From the NCBI GenBank assembly GCA_965277285.1, contig OZ255721.1, positions 2,720,001-2,784,000 on the forward strand: DNA of 64,000 bases, in the 5' to 3' direction. Both the position numbers and the translations under genes were made by a program. Positions 61,596 to 64,000 of the stretch are shown here, piece by piece (positions within the stretch are counted from its first letter, which is position 1; each line of letters begins with the position of its first letter). This DNA is from Abditibacteriaceae bacterium (lineage in GTDB: Bacteria > Armatimonadota > Abditibacteriia > Abditibacteriales > Abditibacteriaceae). The notes under the pieces were generated by a model. That model was not told the DNA's origin. It did no database searches and saw only the letters and a list, made by a program, of their open reading frames with translations.

Positions 61596-62510
61596 TTAAA
61601 AGTTCAGGCCGTATTGCACCATATGATTTGGGTCGCACGGTTCCCAGCCGACGCGGATTTCCCAATGCAAATGTGGGCCGGTCACGAAACCTGTGGCGCC
61701 GACGCGCCCGATGACCTCGCCTTTGGCGACGCTTTGACCGACAACGGCCAGGCGTTTCGATAAGTGCATATAAACCGAAAAAATGTTGCAGCCGTGATCG
61801 ATCACGATGCAGTTGCCGCGCAATGTCGGCAAATATTCGCTAAGCACGACGCGCCCGTTGTTGGTCGCGCGCACCAAAGCGCCCGTTGGTGCGCGCACAT
61901 CAGCGCCGTTGTGCTGTCCCCACCAATGACCGTTGACGTAACGACGGCGACCATACGCCGAAGTCGAGCCGCCAACCGTTGGAACGATCCAGTTGCCGCT
62001 CCACAAAGGCGCCGGATACGAATTTTGCATCGTGCTCTGGACGCGTGCTTTCTCGGCAGCAAAAGCGGCTTTCTCGGTCATCTTGCTGGCTGTCGAACTG
62101 TTCATGGTGATGCGCTGCGTCGGAAAAACACGTTCGCGCGCCACAAATTGCGTTCTCAGAGTTTCTGTCGTTTGCTGCGCGCCGCGTTGAATGCGAACTA
62201 CGGCTTGCAAGTTAAAGGTTCCGCCATGACGGTCGAAGGGCAGGCCGACGAAGCCGCGCGCGCTGCCATCGTTGCGCCCATAAAACTTGACTTCTTTGGT
62301 GTCGAAGGCGCTCATGCTCAGCCCGGACAGTTTTTCGCCCGCTGCGGGATAAACGGTCAGCGTCAAAATATCGCCGGGCTGCGGATGAGCGGGAAAAACG
62401 CGCAACGTTGCGGCGCGCGTTTGCGAACACAAAATTGTTGATAAGAGCGACAAGCCCAGCGCGAATCGAGTACTCGATTGGGAAAAGGAAGAGCGAAATC
62501 GGGAAAACAT
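61596..62510 (-). CDS. Secreted M23 family metallopeptidase
   Basis: 'HNGAD', 'YMHL', 'TGPHLHW'; signal peptide. Confidence 0.92.
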   Translation of the reverse strand: MFSRFRSSFSQSSTRFALGLSLLSTILCSQTRAATLRVFPAHPQPGDILTLTVYPAAGEKLSGLSMSAFDTKEVKFYGRNDGSARGFVGLPFDRHGGTFNLQAVVRIQRGAQQTTETLRTQFVARERVFPTQRITMNSSTASKMTEKAAFAAEKARVQSTMQNSYPAPLWSGNWIVPTVGGSTSAYGRRRYVNGHWWGQHNGADVRAPTGALVRATNNGRVVLSEYLPTLRGNCIVIDHGCNIFSVYMHLSKRLAVVGQSVAKGEVIGRVGATGFVTGPHLHWEIRVGWEPCDPNHMVQYGLNF

Positions 62511-62535
62511 GGAAGTGACCTTTTGGCGAAATGTA

Positions 62536-62623
62536 TAACGAACCCGGAGCGTAAGCGATGGGCTGAAGTGATAGCCACACGAGATCGTGACTTTAGCCCA
62601 TCGCTTACGCTCCGGGTTCGTTA
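62536..62623. repeat. REP-like hairpin family D
   Basis: taacgaacccggagcgtaagcgatgggct...agcccatcgcttacgctccgggttcgtta. Confidence 0.8.
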
Positions 62624-62689
62624 AGCGGGATAACGATACAACTTACATCATCGATTTCCTGTTGTAGATTATAATCACTTCCAACCTTT

Positions 62690-64000
62690 ATGCCTCGCGC
62701 TTCTTCCTTTTCACCTTCTCTCAGGCCGCTGCGATTGTTTCGTCGCGCCGTTGTTTTTCCGGTGCGGCGGACGGCTGTGCGCGCCGGAAGCGCCCTGCGC
62801 CAATGGCTTTCGACTGAAGAAAACCCGTTTTTGACGCGCGCCTTGCGCACCGAATCGCGGCGCCATCAGCCATTTTTATCGGTCGCCATTGTGATGTCGC
62901 TGATCGTTCTGCTAAATGTCGCGGCCTGGCGGTTCTGGCTTTTCATTTTGGGCGGCGAAACTCGACTGGCGCATCGTGGCTATTCGCAACTTCATCTGCC
63001 AGATGCAATTGGCGGCAATGCCATCAACTTCTTCGCGCTGATAACGGCGTGCGTTTGCGCTCTATCAGCGCTAATTTGCGCGCGTTTGCGTTCTGCCGCG
63101 CTGTTGCGACAGGAACTTTTGCGCAGCACATTGGACAGCCTGCAATTGTTGCCGATCCGCGAAGAACGCTGGCTGTGGCTGCTCAGCGCGCATCCTTTGT
63201 TGTTGTCGCTGCTGATCGGCGCTTGCGGGTTGCCGGTTTATATGCTGGCCGTTTGCGTCGGCGATTGGAACCTGACGGATTTGATTGGATTATTTTTCGT
63301 CTTCGTCTGGCTGGGCCACGTCGCACCGTTGTGGCAGCCAGTCGCATGGAAGCAAGGCGGAGCGCGCACGCAGCAAAAAGTCAACTGGAAAACCTTGCGC
63401 GCCCAGATGAGTACCAATTCGGTCGAACTGCCGCGTTCGCTGACCGAAAGCGAACCGCAAAACCTGGAGCTTGCGGCGCATCTGGTGCAGGCCAACCGCC
63501 TGGAACTGCAACGCCGCCAGCAACGATTGGCACTTGGCGCCGCGCCCAATCCGCTTTCGAGTACTGGAAACGAGGCGCCCGACGAACCGGACGCAACGGA
63601 CAAAAAAACCAACAAGAACAATGCGTCGCAGCGCGCCAACAAAAACTGGTTCGGCTCGGCTTTCGGGTTTTACTATCTTTTTCGCCTGTTGTTCCTGGTG
63701 ACGCGCTGGTCGCCGACTTCGAGTCCGGCGCATCTGCTGTCCGCGTTGTGGCGCGACATCTTCGCCGCCTTGCCGGAAAACGTGGTCGCGCTGTGGCCGG
63801 GTTTTCTGTTTACATGGCCGCTTTTGCTGGCGCGAACGGCCTTGGCGCCGCTGCCGTTTTTCCGTTTCGCCGTGCCGCCTTTGTGGATTTTCGCGGTTTT
63901 GTGGGTCGGTTTCACGACTTTGCGCAACACCAATCTGGCGTCGCTGGTTTCTTCGAGCGAAACCTTTTGGACGACGCGCCGCGTGCGCAAGCAAAACAGA
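62690..64000 (+). CDS. Partial multi-pass membrane protein, ABC-2 permease-like; probably runs off the window and is absent from the ORF track
   Basis: Hand translation of the 5' part: MPRASS...'ENPFLTRALRTESRR'...'RQELLRSTLDSLQLLPI' plus hydrophobic segments; frame not checked codon by codon to the window end. Confidence 0.65.
   Translation, partial: MPRASSFSPSLRPLRLFRRAVVFPVRRTAVRAGSALRQWLSTEENPFLTRALRTESRRHQPFLSVAIVMSLIVLLNVAAWRFWLFILGGETRLAHRGYSQLHLPDAIGGNAINFFALITACVCALSALICARLRSAALLRQELLRSTLDSLQLLPIREERWLWLLSAHPLLLSLLIGACGLPVYMLAVCVGDWNLTDLIGLFFVFVWLGHVAPLWQPVAWKQGGARTQQKVNWKTLRAQMSTNSVELPRSLTESEPQNLELAAHLVQANRLELQRRQQRLALGAAPNPLSSTGNEAPDEPDATDKKTNKNNASQRANKNWFGSAFGFYYLFRLLFLVTRWSPTSSPAHLLSALWRDIFAALPENVVALWPGFLFTWPLLLARTALAPLPFFRFAVPPLWIFAVLWVGFTTLRNTNLASLVSSSETFWTTRRVRKQNR

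Larger units (their letters stand above)
689..63568. repeat. Dispersed highly iterated palindrome TCGAGTACTCGA
   Basis: 47 perfect copies counted by hand (e.g. 3137, 3448, 4186, 5946, 7102, 9128, 10884, 13552, 18419, 25101, 37028, 45690, 55220, 62466) plus ~28 variants. Confidence 0.97.

Noticed and set aside
689..63568. Palindrome as cloning linker/adapter artefact (contains ScaI AGTACT and TaqI TCGA)
   Set aside because: Copies keep reading frames intact, encode expected residues in conserved motifs and show a natural series of mismatched variants.

Overview
Bacterial chromosomal window of mostly core genes, roughly 55% GC by eye. The gene set (futalosine-pathway mqnA/mqnD, long-leader prepilins, PrkA-YeaH-SpoVR, PQQ-repeat propeller) suggests a diderm such as Armatimonadota/Abditibacteriota; this is inference only. 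Contents: dprA-topA, a CaCA antiporter, mqnA, an aldo/keto reductase, a rearranged EcoAI-like type I restriction-modification (R-M) locus (hsdM, small GIY-YIG gene, half-length hsdS, inverted hsdR) set among REP-like palindromes, smc, an interrupted prkA-yeaH-spoVR operon, a methyltransferase plus heme-oxygenase-like diiron enzyme pair, mqnD, a type IV pilus operon (pilB, pilT, pilC, pilD, four prepilins, a large PilX-like gene), ftsK and assorted enzymes. The most striking signal is a 12-bp palindrome, TCGAGTACTCGA. I counted 47 perfect copies and about 28 near-copies by hand, about one per 0.85 kb, in intergenic DNA and inside coding sequence in all three frames (SSTR / RVL[DE] / EYS). It is a candidate undescribed highly iterated palindrome system. 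A second candidate system is a GIY-YIG nuclease gene flanked by a REP/BIME-like hairpin family. No rRNA, tRNA, CRISPR array or transposase was seen. All product calls come from motif recognition, not database searches.
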